A stretch of 64,000 bases of DNA, taken from IMG/VR virus record IMGVR_UViG_3300047292_000147, positions 6,378-70,377 of that record; one strand, written 5' to 3'. How positions within the stretch are numbered: the stretch's first letter is position 1; every line of letters starts with the position of its first letter. Source of the DNA: a virus. Its lineage: Duplodnaviria; Caudoviricetes. The notes beneath the pieces were generated by a model that saw nothing but the letters and a program-made list of their open reading frames with translations, did not search any database and was not told where the DNA came from. The translations under genes and the position numbers were made by a program. Shown here one piece after another: positions 17,499-27,818 of this stretch.

Positions 17499-19640
17499 TT
17501 ATCGTTTGGAAATGGTCTTGGCCACTGTGATCATGATGGTGCTCATGACCTCGGCTTCGTCCAGCTTGTCAGCGATCTTGTTGTTCAGCGTCATGACTCG
17601 CTGGCGGATGTTTTCGAAGTCAAAACCACCATCCAGAAGAATCATTGCGTAGCGCAACAGCATGTTGTTGCGGTTGCCGTCACCGATGTTGTTGATCACC
17701 CAGCGCTCCAGGTTGTCCATGGATTGCTGTGAGTTCATCAGCTCTTTGCGCTCTTCGTTCTTGCTGGTTTTTGGAATGAAGGGCAGAGCGTCGAGCACTT
17801 CACCTTCGTTGTACTCATAGGTGCCGTCATGAGACAGCCACTTGCGTGCACGTTGGTTGGTTGCTGTGTCCACTTCGAATGGGAGCCATTCGTAGATGTT
17901 GGACATGAACTCTTTGTAGTCCTTGGCATCCATGGCCAACTCGTAGTTGATTGGCAGGATGATGCGGAACCGGTTCTCTTCTTCAGTGTGACGCTTGGTC
18001 GTGTAGATCAGAAACTTGTAGTTCTTCATCAACAGCTTGACCGTGCTCATGCTGACACCGCCATCAACGTCGATCACCACCAGGTTAAAGCCTGGAATGC
18101 AGTTGTCTTCGTTGCGATAGCCGCCGTTCAAGTGGTGCGCAACCCAATGCAAGCCAGGAGCCTGAGTGAGTTGATGCAGCTTCTCGAAAGGTGCGTGCTC
18201 GTTGCGGTAGTCGGTCGTGATGTCGGTGCTGTAGCTCAACACCATCTTGGAGAGATCAGTCTCTTTCAGCGTCTCGCCTCGAAGGAACTCGATGCCGTCC
18301 GAGAAGGACTTCTTGATGATGATGTTGTTCTTGTAGCCATAGGCAATGGCCAGAGACAGCATCTCCGACTTTTGACCTGTGGCTCCACGGTAGAACGGCA
18401 AGTCCTCGACCAGATCAGCCTGGGTCACATCACGCTTGCAAGTAGCGATGTACTTGGCCAGCTTCACGTAAGGACGATCACGGGTCAGCAGCTTGTTGAA
18501 AGCGTTGCCTGACTCCTCGGCCAGCTTGATGGCTTGATACAGATGCTCCTGGGTCAACTCGGGAGAGTCGTCAATGAAGGCATAGGCACCAGCCAACTTG
18601 AGGGCCTTGAAGTAGCGGTGAGAGATCTCGGCTTTTTTGATCTCTTCGTGCTCTGGGTAGAGCTCGGCTTCACGCTCACACTTCAAGCGGTACTCGATCA
18701 ACAGCAGACTGGTTTCTTTGCTGACGATCAGACGCTTGTTGACGTTGATGATGTCGGCCAGCGCTTCCAGCTTGTCCGACAGCTCGTCCAGGTAGGTGTT
18801 GCTGTCCTGGTTCGTCAGCTGGACGTACACCTCTTCAGGTGTCATCTCAGTGGACTTGTTGGATGCTCGGCTGTAGCCGAAGAAGCAGCGGCGTGCGTAA
18901 CCGGTCTCGAGCATGGAGTACAGCTCTTCCTCGGTCTTGCTGCCGTTGAGCAGTTTGGCTGGGGTGCCGAACAGCATCATGTTGGTCGGAGTGCGGCCAA
19001 CGATCTCTTCGTTGCGAACGCTGTCAGCTGTGTTCTTGATCAGCTTCTGCTTGACCAGACCTACGTCGTACAGCTCCAGGAACGTGTTGAGGATCTCGAC
19101 GTTGCCAACCAAGTTGGAACCGATCTCGTCAATCTGCAGGTTCATGGAGCCTGCATCGGCCATCAGCAGCTTGTGGCGCATCTGCTTGACCGCAGGTGCA
19201 GTGCCTGAGTCGAAGCTGAACATCAGCGAGCCAAGGCTGTCGAATTCCTTCTGCACGCGCACCAGCTCCTCATCAGGGTCAGTGCTCTTGCGGTTGGCTC
19301 GTTTGAGCGCCAGCTTCGGCAGGTTGTTCTCAGCCAGGATCGGAAACGTCTCTTCGAGGAAACGCCCACGGAACTGATTGATCACCTGGTTCTCCATGAT
19401 GTTTGTGGAGAAGCCTTTGCCGGAACCTGATGTGCTCAGGTTCAAGGCATACATGTTCACAGGGATGTCCCCACGATCATGAGTGGCGATCGTGGTTCGC
19501 ATCATCGAAGCCACCAGGCTGAAGTAGTAGCCCACCAGCACACGGAAGAACAACGGGTTGCTGTTCTGGGTCTTGCTGCACAGAATCTGTACCAGTTTTT
19601 CTGAGGCTGGGTGGTACTCCATCTCGTCAAAAGTTTTCAT
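17499..19640 (-). CDS. N4 gp43-like DNA primase
   Basis: LSTSGSGKGFS, QIDEIGSN, VVIDVDGG, YTTKRH and C-terminal GNRNNMLLRYA (PriCT-like); N4 synteny. Confidence 0.8.
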   Translation of the reverse strand: MKTFDEMEYHPASEKLVQILCSKTQNSNPLFFRVLVGYYFSLVASMMRTTIATHDRGDIPVNMYALNLSTSGSGKGFSTNIMENQVINQFRGRFLEETFPILAENNLPKLALKRANRKSTDPDEELVRVQKEFDSLGSLMFSFDSGTAPAVKQMRHKLLMADAGSMNLQIDEIGSNLVGNVEILNTFLELYDVGLVKQKLIKNTADSVRNEEIVGRTPTNMMLFGTPAKLLNGSKTEEELYSMLETGYARRCFFGYSRASNKSTEMTPEEVYVQLTNQDSNTYLDELSDKLEALADIINVNKRLIVSKETSLLLIEYRLKCEREAELYPEHEEIKKAEISHRYFKALKLAGAYAFIDDSPELTQEHLYQAIKLAEESGNAFNKLLTRDRPYVKLAKYIATCKRDVTQADLVEDLPFYRGATGQKSEMLSLAIAYGYKNNIIIKKSFSDGIEFLRGETLKETDLSKMVLSYSTDITTDYRNEHAPFEKLHQLTQAPGLHWVAHHLNGGYRNEDNCIPGFNLVVIDVDGGVSMSTVKLLMKNYKFLIYTTKRHTEEENRFRIILPINYELAMDAKDYKEFMSNIYEWLPFEVDTATNQRARKWLSHDGTYEYNEGEVLDALPFIPKTSKNEERKELMNSQQSMDNLERWVINNIGDGNRNNMLLRYAMILLDGGFDFENIRQRVMTLNNKIADKLDEAEVMSTIMITVAKTISKR

Positions 19641-19656
19641 GAGTTTCTTTCTTGGT

Positions 19657-20658
19657 TCAAAGGATGAGATCACCCGCTGCGATCAGTTGATCTTTCTGGG
19701 TGCATGCTGCAAATGCAGGGCAGTACTTGCATGCGGTGACTTGGCCAGGAACCTCTTTGACGACGCCTACGTTGCCGTCTTCTGAAAGGCGGATCATTGC
19801 GTCTTGCATCGTGTCGAAGTTCTTGGTGCTGCGAGCAGTCTTGTCGGGGTTCTTGTAGTACTTGAACACCGGCTCACTGCGCCACAGCTCTGTGTCGTCA
19901 CACTGAGGAATCTCTTCTTCAGGTGCATTCCAGTACTGTTCGATCAAAGCCAGCTTCTTGCGGATGTAGGCTTCGGTCTCGTTGAGTGACAGCAGATCAA
20001 ACGATTGCTTGTGGAACCGACGAGGTGGGTAGCCTGGATCGGTTTTGACCATTGCACCCTTCCAGTCGGTAAAGATGTAATGGATGTCCATCTGATCCTG
20101 GTGGATCTTCTTAGGATCAAGCCAGCGGTAAATGCTGCCTTGCAGTGGGTACTTGTCTGAGCCGGTCTGGTTCTTGTAAGTAAACACTGAGGTGGACTTG
20201 AAGTCCTGCACTCGGCCTTCACCGATGAAGTCGAACTTGCCAGTGATCTTCCACTTGCCTAGTTGACGGCTGAGACGCTGCTCCAGGTAGATGGGAATCA
20301 AATCGACGCCATCAGCTGCAAGGTCTTGCAAGTGTTCGTCAGTCGGATTGATTCGGATCTTGTCGATGACTCGCTGAGGCAAACCAATGGCTTGCATGGC
20401 TTGCTTGTAGTTCGTCATCCACGCACGTTCGATGCCGTCGTGAATGGCAGTACCCATCCGACTGTTCATCATGTCGGCCAGGTTGACCAGGCCTTCACCT
20501 GGAGGAACTCGGCTGGGCAGAATGATTTGTCGGAGTGGTTTCAGCAGTGTGGTGGCGCTGATGGTATTGGGATCATTGTCATGATCGTAGTGATCGGTGG
20601 CCAGGAATACTGCTAGGGCCAAAGGAACTTCGGATACGTTTGCGTAGATGGCGGACAT
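19657..20658 (-). CDS. N4 gp42-like PD-(D/E)XK nuclease
   Basis: ITGKFDFIGEGRVQDFKSTS motif and C-terminal CKYCPAFAAC; start reassigned to MSAIYAN. Confidence 0.75.
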   Translation of the reverse strand: MSAIYANVSEVPLALAVFLATDHYDHDNDPNTISATTLLKPLRQIILPSRVPPGEGLVNLADMMNSRMGTAIHDGIERAWMTNYKQAMQAIGLPQRVIDKIRINPTDEHLQDLAADGVDLIPIYLEQRLSRQLGKWKITGKFDFIGEGRVQDFKSTSVFTYKNQTGSDKYPLQGSIYRWLDPKKIHQDQMDIHYIFTDWKGAMVKTDPGYPPRRFHKQSFDLLSLNETEAYIRKKLALIEQYWNAPEEEIPQCDDTELWRSEPVFKYYKNPDKTARSTKNFDTMQDAMIRLSEDGNVGVVKEVPGQVTACKYCPAFAACTQKDQLIAAGDLIL

Positions 20659-20707
20659 AGGGGCCTTTGTTGGTTTATCGAAGAAGCGGACGGAGCCGCG
20701 TGCTTGC

Positions 20708-21073
20708 TTACGGGGCAGACTCGTGAAGTTGGATGTAGCGGGTAAGCGTGTCCCGCGCTTCTTTGATGTCTTTGAGAGCTGACTTGCCACCAGTGCGAAC
20801 ACCGGAGAGCAACAGCTTCTTGCTGGCATGTTGAATGCAGCCAGATGGGTCTTGGATGTCAAAGAGGTGATGAACCGCATAGACATCGATCTCTTTCAGA
20901 TCACCGACTGGCTTGTAGTACTGAGGGTATTTCTGAGCCATGGTTGGCTCATTGGCACTGGTAGTTTTAGATCCCAGTACTGTTTGAAGTTGTAGCTGGC
21001 AGTGGTTACAGAAGTCGGTTCCTTTGGTTGCAGTGTTTTGGCAACCGACCGATCTACAGGTTTCGCGCTCCAT
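20708..21073 (-). CDS. Hypothetical protein with N-terminal Cys4 motif
   Basis: C-x4-C...C-x2-C, then IDVYAVHHLF...HASKKLLLSGVRTGGK...KDIKEARDTL, a common phage domain. Confidence 0.6.
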   Translation of the reverse strand: MERETCRSVGCQNTATKGTDFCNHCQLQLQTVLGSKTTSANEPTMAQKYPQYYKPVGDLKEIDVYAVHHLFDIQDPSGCIQHASKKLLLSGVRTGGKSALKDIKEARDTLTRYIQLHESAP

Positions 21074-21090
21074 GTGTTTTCCTTTCTTGT

Positions 21091-21123
21091 AAAGAAGAAG
21101 AGCCCCAGGATTTGGGGCTCTTC
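21091..21123 (-). terminator. Terminator after nrdJ
   Basis: GAAGAGCCCCA-AATCC-TGGGGCTCTTC followed by TTCTTT on the minus strand. Confidence 0.75.
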
Positions 21124-21152
21124 ACAAAACCCCCGGAGGGGTCTGACGCTGC

Positions 21153-23093
21153 TTACAAAACTTCGCAGACGCCAGCCGTACAGGCCAGCTCTTTGGTGTT
21201 CACAGTGGCATCGTCTTTCTCGAACATGGCCAGTTGGCTCCAGTCGAGAGCAGGCATGCGTGCCAGCAATGCTTCGTACTCTGCTTGAGTGCATTCGGTG
21301 TACGGAGCCTGTTGGTACGTGTGATCGCTGTGAGGCAGGAAGCTCACACCAGCCAGCTGGTCGAAGTTCTGATACACCCAGTCACCCACACCCATCCACT
21401 CGTGATCCTTGACGTAGACCGTCACCGACACGTTGTGCTCAGTCCATTCGGTCTGCAGCATCAGGTAGTGATCCAGCTGCTCAAGAGCAGTGCGATCGTT
21501 CCTGAACACTGCATGGCTTGGGCCTTGCACTGGGAAGCTGAAGATGTCTGTGCTGTCTGGCTTCATCACGCAGTCTTCGACAGGGAAGCCTTGTGCACGC
21601 ATCAGCAATGCCAAAGGATCTTTCTTGTCTGCACGGACGGTGCGGATGTAGTACTCGGAGTAACGAGGGTGAATGCCAGATGCAGAGTCCACCAATTGGC
21701 TGACTGTTCCGCTTGGCTTCACGGTGGTGATGGCCACCGATTGATTGATGCCCAGCTTCTCGGACCATTCTTTGTTGGTGGCAATAGCGGCCTTTTTCAT
21801 CTGACGCAGCCAATCGCGTGCTTCCTGGCTTGTGTGGCTCAGGATCGGGTGATCCATGATGCCGGTCAGTGACACACCCAGCAGACGCTCTTCGATCTGG
21901 TTGTCTTTCCAGATGTCGCGCACGTAGCGGAACTCGGTCAGCAACGACTGGTAAGTGCCGATGATGGTGGCGATCTGAACCTTGTCGATCAGGTCTTTGA
22001 GCGTGTCTTCCTTGCGGATCACCACTTCAGACAGGTTGCAGACACCAGCGCTGCGAAGCGTGATCTCGGCACATGGATTGACACCCACGATCTTGGAAGG
22101 ATCACGACGGCCTGAGTCGATGGCCTTCTTGATGGCGGCTTCACGGTTGAAGATGCCACGCTCACCGGACTTGGATTCGATGAGGCTCAGCCACTCCTTC
22201 ATGAAAAGCTCCATACCTGGGCGCTCTGTATAGGCTGCTGAGTTGTTGGCCAAAGCACGTTGTGGCTCGATTGCCCACCACTGGCCGCTCTTGGCTGTAC
22301 GCATGCGATCGTCAGACAGGTTGCTCAGAGAGATCAGAGCACTGCGACGAACACCGCCTACGACCACGATGTCAGCGATCTTGCACACCAGGTCATGGCA
22401 TTCGATCGATGTCAGCTTGCGGCCGGCTGCACCCTTGAAGGTTTGGACGGCGAACTTGAAGAGATCGACCAAAGGCTGAGGACCACTAGCTCGGCCACCG
22501 AAGACCTTGAGCTTGGCTCCAGCTGGACGGACCAGGCTGGTGTCCCAGTTAGGGATGTAACCTGCGTACAGATGGGTCAGCAGCTCACGGAAAGCAGAAG
22601 CCCAGCCACGTTTGCTGTCCTGAACCACGATCGTGTGATCGATCGGAGTCAGGTGATCCACGGTCTCGATGTGCAGCTTGCCTTCTGAATCAACCACGGC
22701 CTTGGCACCGATGATTGGTAGCTTGGCAATGAACTGACGCTCGACAGAAAAGCCCATGCCAGTGCCGCACATCAGGATGTACAGGATCTCGTCAAAAGCT
22801 CGGGGGTCTTCAACTGCAACGAATGCGCAGTTGTAGCCAGCCATCGGGTCACGTTCCAGTGCAGGGCCAGCTGTCATCAAGGCACGCATGGAAGGCATGG
22901 TGCGCAGACTCAGAATGCTGTTGAAGATCTGGTCTTTGGGGTAGTGAGGAAATTTCTCAGCGAAGTAGTTGACGTACCGTTTGACGGTTTCATCCCAGTT
23001 TTCACGGCGCTGTTCAGCGTCGATCCATCGGGCATACCGACTTTTGTGCACGTATTCTTGAAGCGGGGTAGGGAGTTGGTTTGCTGGTTGCAT
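21153..23093 (-). CDS. nrdJ: Class II (adenosylcobalamin-dependent) ribonucleotide reductase
   Basis: PSMRALMTAG, YNCAF, GGVRRSALISL, GVNPCAEI, TTVKPSGT and C-terminal CTAGVCEV. Confidence 0.9.
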   Translation of the reverse strand: MQPANQLPTPLQEYVHKSRYARWIDAEQRRENWDETVKRYVNYFAEKFPHYPKDQIFNSILSLRTMPSMRALMTAGPALERDPMAGYNCAFVAVEDPRAFDEILYILMCGTGMGFSVERQFIAKLPIIGAKAVVDSEGKLHIETVDHLTPIDHTIVVQDSKRGWASAFRELLTHLYAGYIPNWDTSLVRPAGAKLKVFGGRASGPQPLVDLFKFAVQTFKGAAGRKLTSIECHDLVCKIADIVVVGGVRRSALISLSNLSDDRMRTAKSGQWWAIEPQRALANNSAAYTERPGMELFMKEWLSLIESKSGERGIFNREAAIKKAIDSGRRDPSKIVGVNPCAEITLRSAGVCNLSEVVIRKEDTLKDLIDKVQIATIIGTYQSLLTEFRYVRDIWKDNQIEERLLGVSLTGIMDHPILSHTSQEARDWLRQMKKAAIATNKEWSEKLGINQSVAITTVKPSGTVSQLVDSASGIHPRYSEYYIRTVRADKKDPLALLMRAQGFPVEDCVMKPDSTDIFSFPVQGPSHAVFRNDRTALEQLDHYLMLQTEWTEHNVSVTVYVKDHEWMGVGDWVYQNFDQLAGVSFLPHSDHTYQQAPYTECTQAEYEALLARMPALDWSQLAMFEKDDATVNTKELACTAGVCEVL

Positions 23094-23118
23094 TGGGTCT
23101 TTCTGGTTCCTGGAATGA

Positions 23119-23162
23119 AAAAGAGCCAAAGTCTCCCCAGGAAAACTGGAAACCTTGGCCCT
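23119..23162 (-). terminator. Terminator-like hairpin between thyX and nrdJ
   Basis: GGGCCAAGG...CTTTGGCTC followed by TTTTT on the minus strand. Confidence 0.45.
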
Positions 23163-23197
23163 TTGATTGGGGGATCTAAGTTTACTGGTTTTGCATC

Positions 23198-23938
23198 TCA
23201 GTAGTTACCCTGAGTCAATGCCGACCAAGAAACAGGGAATAGAGGTTGAATGATTTGGTTTACTTGTTCAGCCAGATCCTGGATCTCTTTCTGAGCATGA
23301 GAATCAGACCGCTGGTTGTAGAAGTTGGCATAGGCGTACAGAGAACCTGTCCAGACCCAGTTGACCTCTACCCCTTGGGGCAGCATGAAACGGGCTTGCT
23401 CGGGGCAAATACCGTCATCAATGGCCTTCTCGTAGCGACGGATCAGGTGCTCGCAGTCTTCTCTGTAGACATGGAGCCACATATCACTGCGGGGATGCTT
23501 GCCGGCGCTGCCCTGTTTCACCGATGCGGCCGACTCCCGGAAGTGGTCCGGCAGGTAGAACTGGGGTTTGGTCGAGATGTACCGGCGAGACTCTTCGGAC
23601 TCCACGAAACCGATCTTGTGCTTGAAGCACTGGACTCGGATGGGAATGGGGGCCTGCATCCGGAGAGTGATCTGGGGATGGCCAAATGGCACCCAGTGAC
23701 AGGGAATGCTTCGAAGGTAGGTGGCTTGACGTTTGACCTCTTCGGTGGTCATGCCTTCAGCACCCAGCTCCTTGATCAGCTTTTCCCAGTCTCCAGAGGC
23801 CATACCTCGAGCTAGGAACCTGACCAGATTGTTGTTCTGGGCTTCAGTGAACTTGTCAGCCAGGCTGGCAAAGGACTGTCGAGCGTAGTTGGCTACGTCT
23901 GTGTCTGTCAGGTAATGGTTTTCGTAAACAGCTTTCAT
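23198..23938 (-). CDS. thyX: FAD-dependent thymidylate synthase
   Basis: HWVPFGH, ESEESRRY, EQARFMLPQ and QRSDSHAQKEI ThyX motifs. Confidence 0.9.
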   Translation of the reverse strand: MKAVYENHYLTDTDVANYARQSFASLADKFTEAQNNNLVRFLARGMASGDWEKLIKELGAEGMTTEEVKRQATYLRSIPCHWVPFGHPQITLRMQAPIPIRVQCFKHKIGFVESEESRRYISTKPQFYLPDHFRESAASVKQGSAGKHPRSDMWLHVYREDCEHLIRRYEKAIDDGICPEQARFMLPQGVEVNWVWTGSLYAYANFYNQRSDSHAQKEIQDLAEQVNQIIQPLFPVSWSALTQGNY

Positions 23939-24002
23939 TGGTTCTTTCAGTTGGTTTAAAGGGAATGGGGGATAATCGATCGCATTCATTGGAGATGTCT
24001 TT

Positions 24003-27000
24003 ATGACAAGCTGCTCAACAAATACGTGTGGAGTCGGAGGTTGGGGTGGTCCCCTGCCTGGAGATCCAGACAATAACTCTGTCCTGACGGCAACTCCCGC
24101 TTTTGGCGGGATTGATGTCTCGTGGTCTTACCCTGCAGTCAATCCGTTTGCAGTGGCTCACACCCTGTTGTTCAGGGGATTGACCAATAACTTCAATTCA
24201 GCAATTCAAATTGCCGTGGTATCGGGAAGCCAATACTACGACAAGACAGAAAACGATCAGCTGACAGTGTATTTTTACTGGATCAAGATTGTTTCTGTGA
24301 ATGGAACTGTTGGTGAGTTGATTGGCCCTGCATCAGCCAGTGCCAAGCCAACCATCGAGCAGATGATTGATTTGCTGAGTGGCAATATCGATGCAGGTGT
24401 TCTGGCTCAATCGTTGAGAACAGACATAGAGCGGATTCAGCTGGTGAGTGCCAAGCTCCAGGAAGAGATCGACAACCGCAATGCTGCCAACTCTTCAATG
24501 AGTCTTTTGCTTGGTGAGATGCAGGCAGAGATCAATGCCAGCTTAGGCATCATCACCGACGAAATCACCGGTCGCCAGGTAGGCGAGTCGGCATTGCTTG
24601 CCCAAGTGAATGCAGCAGCTGCGGCTATTGCACTGGAAGCCACGACCAGAGCAGCAGAGATTCAGAATGAAGCTTCTGAAAGAGCTGCAGAGATTCTTGT
24701 AGAGCGAAGTGCTCGCCTGACTGCAATCGGCGCAGAATCGGCTGCTCGAATTCAAGCGGTCTTGAATGAAGCCAACGCCAGGCAAACAGCTATTGGTACT
24801 TTGAATGCTGCGGTGTTGGCTGAGCAGAACAGCCGCATTACGGCTGTTTCTGCCGAAGCCAGTTCACGAGAAGTCTTGGCGACACAGCTGCGAGGCAACT
24901 ACACCGGTACGGACTTGACCCAGGTTTCTTCTGGCTTGATCTTTTCGGAGCGTACTTCTCGAATCACTGCTGTAGAAAACCTGCAGAGCCAGATCAACAC
25001 ACTGAGTGCTGCAAGCTCTGGTGACTTTGGTGAGCTGCTTGCTGCGGTTCAGTCTGAACAGACTGCTCGTGTTGCAGGTGATACCGCCAACGCTACGAGC
25101 ATTACGACGTTGGGTTCTCGACTCAGCAACGTCAAGGACAAGAATGGCGTGAACACCAACAAGTCGCTGGAAGCGACCTTGGTGGACGATCGGCAGTCGA
25201 GGGTGGATGGTGATTCGGCTTTGTCGAGCCAGATCAGTACGTTGAATACGTCCGTCACCAACAACTACAACACCCTGAACTCAGCGATCCAGACTGAAGC
25301 ATCGAGTCGAACGACTGCGCTTAGCACTGAGGCTACAGCCCGAGAGACCTTGGCTTCTCAGATCCGTGGCAACTACACAGGATCGAACCCAGCGCTGCTG
25401 AGCTCCGGCATTCTGTACAACGAGAGGCAGGCTCGCATCACGGCTGACGAAGCCATTGTGACCTCTGTGACGGCATTGACTGCGACGGTCAATGCGAACA
25501 CTGCTGCCTTGACTACCGAGTCGTCTACGCGAGCCACAGCAGACACAGCGCTGACGAACCAGTTCACGACTCTGAGTGCACAGGTCAACAACGCTACGAC
25601 TGGTCTGCCGGCTACTCGAGCAACGCTGCTCAACAACTACTACACCAAGACAGCAACCGACTCTGCGATCTCTGCGGCCACGTTGAACTTGGTTTCCAGC
25701 ACTGGTTTGAACACGGCTCTGGCCAGCTATCCGACCACGGCTTCGTTGACCCAGAACTACTACACCAAGGCTGCAACGGATGCGGCCATCAGCAGTGCAA
25801 CGACAACGCTGAGCAGCAGCTTCACAACGACCCTGGGCACCTACGTTCCCACGGCCACGTTGACGAACAACTACTACACAAAGACTGCGACGGATCTGGC
25901 GATCTCGACAGCTTCGACCACGCTGTCTTCTACGTTTGATACGAAGCTTGGGCTGTACACGCCTACGGCAACGCTGACGAACCTGTACTACACCAAGACT
26001 CAGGCAGACAGCGCGATCACTGCAGCGACTCAGAACCTTGTTTCGACAACGGCTCTGAACACTGCGTTGAGTGGTTACAGCACTACTGCTGTTCTCAACA
26101 CCAATTACTACACCAAGACGGATGCAAATGCTGCGATCTCAGCAGCAGTTCAGAACTTGGTTTCGACCACAGCGTTGAACACTGCGCTCAGCAGCTACCC
26201 AACGACTGCCACGCTGACCACGAATTACTACACCAAGACGGCTGTCGACTCAGCGATCAGCTCTGCGACTCAGAGTCTTGTTTCGAACGCTGGTTTGGCA
26301 ACGACGCTGGCTGCGTACCCTACGACGGCAACGCTGACCAACAGCTACTTCACCCAGGCGCAGACCAACTCTGCGATCAGTCTGGCAACCCAGAACCTGG
26401 TGTCAAACACAGGGCTGGCTACAACCTTGGGTGGGTACGCCACCAACGCTTCGTTGACGACGAACTACTACACGAAGACCCAGACAGATTCCGCGATCAG
26501 TGCTGCCACATTGACCTTGGTTTCGAATGCTGGCCTGACCACTGCCTTGGGTGCATATACGTCGACTGCAGCTTTGCAGACGAACTACTACACCAAGACT
26601 CAAGCCAACAGCGCAATCAGCGCTGCGATCACGACTTCTCAGACAACGCTGAACGGAAACATCGCTTCAGCCCAGTCTACGCTGCAGACCAACATCAACA
26701 CGGTCGATGGCAAGGTCACAGCTATCGGTGCGAGATACACGGCTGTGGTGTCTGCCAACGGTCTGGTGGGTGGCTTTGGGGTCTACAACAACGGTTCGGT
26801 GATTCAGGCTGGCTTTGATGTCAACGAGTTTTGGGTGGGCTCAAGCCAAGCCAACAAACGCAAGCCGTTCATCATCAGCGATGGAGTGACCTACATCGAT
26901 GATGCGGCCATCAACAAGCTGACGTTTACCAAGCTGCGTGATGAATCTGGCTCGGTATTGATCGAGAACGGCAAAATTAAAGCCAACTACCTGCAGGTAA

Positions 27001-27812
27001 CCTCGATCAGTGGTGGCAACTATTTAGGGTACAACTGGCCATCAAGCGGAACAGGTTTCCATCTTGGACCCAGTGGCTTGCTGCTTGGAAGGTATGACCC
27101 TAACGATCCTACCAGTGGGTATTTTCAGTTTGATACTGCGACCAAAGCCATCTACATGAATGGCATGAGCATCACCAACGGACAGATTGCATTCTCCGGT
27201 ACGGTCATCAATACGAACAACATCAACAACGAGTCGGTCAACATTTTCAAGTTGGCTCGAGGTGCTGCGCTTCCTGATTACGTGCGTACCTACAAAGGAG
27301 CCACATCTCCTGCAGTAACGGTCAACAGCTGGATGCCCTTGCAGCTTGATACAAACGCTTTGAACAACAAGCTAGGGGCTGTTGATACGGATGCGTTCAG
27401 GATTTTGTTGCCGGCAGGTACGTATTTCTACGAGCTGTCAGTGCCTGTTAAATGCCAAGGCTCGGATACAAATGATGCTGCATACACTGCAATCATCATC
27501 AATCCTCCTGGTACTGCAGCAAGCACAACTACGCAGGTTTGTGACGAGGGTTACGACAAGAACGGAAACTACTCTTATTCTTGCTACAACGTGGTGGTGC
27601 CTACACAGTTCACGGTGCTTAGCACCGCAGGTGTAAACGTGGTGGGTGACTGGCAAACCGCCACAATCTTTGGTGTGGGTCGATTTACCGTCAACGGTAC
27701 GACCCACATTTCTGCTGCAGTGATGACCACTGACGGCTTTCCTAGATTGAACGTGGTGGCTCGAAACGGATACTCGACCACTATTCTTCGCATCTGGCGT
27801 GATGCCTCTTAA
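24003..27812 (+). CDS. Tail fibre / host-specificity protein (1269 aa)
   Basis: N-terminal FN3-like region (GIDVSWSYP..YFYWIKIVS), coiled-coil stretch, nine internal repeats, DUF1983-like segment (VSANGLVGGFGV..KPFII). Confidence 0.75.
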   Translation: MTSCSTNTCGVGGWGGPLPGDPDNNSVLTATPAFGGIDVSWSYPAVNPFAVAHTLLFRGLTNNFNSAIQIAVVSGSQYYDKTENDQLTVYFYWIKIVSVNGTVGELIGPASASAKPTIEQMIDLLSGNIDAGVLAQSLRTDIERIQLVSAKLQEEIDNRNAANSSMSLLLGEMQAEINASLGIITDEITGRQVGESALLAQVNAAAAAIALEATTRAAEIQNEASERAAEILVERSARLTAIGAESAARIQAVLNEANARQTAIGTLNAAVLAEQNSRITAVSAEASSREVLATQLRGNYTGTDLTQVSSGLIFSERTSRITAVENLQSQINTLSAASSGDFGELLAAVQSEQTARVAGDTANATSITTLGSRLSNVKDKNGVNTNKSLEATLVDDRQSRVDGDSALSSQISTLNTSVTNNYNTLNSAIQTEASSRTTALSTEATARETLASQIRGNYTGSNPALLSSGILYNERQARITADEAIVTSVTALTATVNANTAALTTESSTRATADTALTNQFTTLSAQVNNATTGLPATRATLLNNYYTKTATDSAISAATLNLVSSTGLNTALASYPTTASLTQNYYTKAATDAAISSATTTLSSSFTTTLGTYVPTATLTNNYYTKTATDLAISTASTTLSSTFDTKLGLYTPTATLTNLYYTKTQADSAITAATQNLVSTTALNTALSGYSTTAVLNTNYYTKTDANAAISAAVQNLVSTTALNTALSSYPTTATLTTNYYTKTAVDSAISSATQSLVSNAGLATTLAAYPTTATLTNSYFTQAQTNSAISLATQNLVSNTGLATTLGGYATNASLTTNYYTKTQTDSAISAATLTLVSNAGLTTALGAYTSTAALQTNYYTKTQANSAISAAITTSQTTLNGNIASAQSTLQTNINTVDGKVTAIGARYTAVVSANGLVGGFGVYNNGSVIQAGFDVNEFWVGSSQANKRKPFIISDGVTYIDDAAINKLTFTKLRDESGSVLIENGKIKANYLQVTSISGGNYLGYNWPSSGTGFHLGPSGLLLGRYDPNDPTSGYFQFDTATKAIYMNGMSITNGQIAFSGTVINTNNINNESVNIFKLARGAALPDYVRTYKGATSPAVTVNSWMPLQLDTNALNNKLGAVDTDAFRILLPAGTYFYELSVPVKCQGSDTNDAAYTAIIINPPGTAASTTTQVCDEGYDKNGNYSYSCYNVVVPTQFTVLSTAGVNVVGDWQTATIFGVGRFTVNGTTHISAAVMTTDGFPRLNVVARNGYSTTILRIWRDAS
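25638..26640 (+). repeat. Nine tandem 38-40 aa coding repeats (NYYTKT..DSAISAAT..LVS...)
   Basis: YY/YF codons at 25638, 25758, 25872, 25986, 26106, 26226, 26346, 26466 and 26586 (spacing 120 or 114 bp). Confidence 0.9.
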
Positions 27813-27818
27813 GGACTT

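Noticed and set aside
23094-23197. Cobalamin riboswitch upstream of the B12-dependent nrdJ
   Set aside because: The gap is only about 100 nt and lacks the conserved B12-box elements; it reads as a simple terminator-like hairpin.
21153-23938. nrdJ and thyX as novel auxiliary genes
   Set aside because: Class II RNR and ThyX are already known from aquatic N4-like phages, so they are annotated but not flagged.
25638-26640. CRISPR-like array
   Set aside because: Units are in-frame, degenerate coding repeats with no constant repeat plus unique spacer structure and no cas genes.
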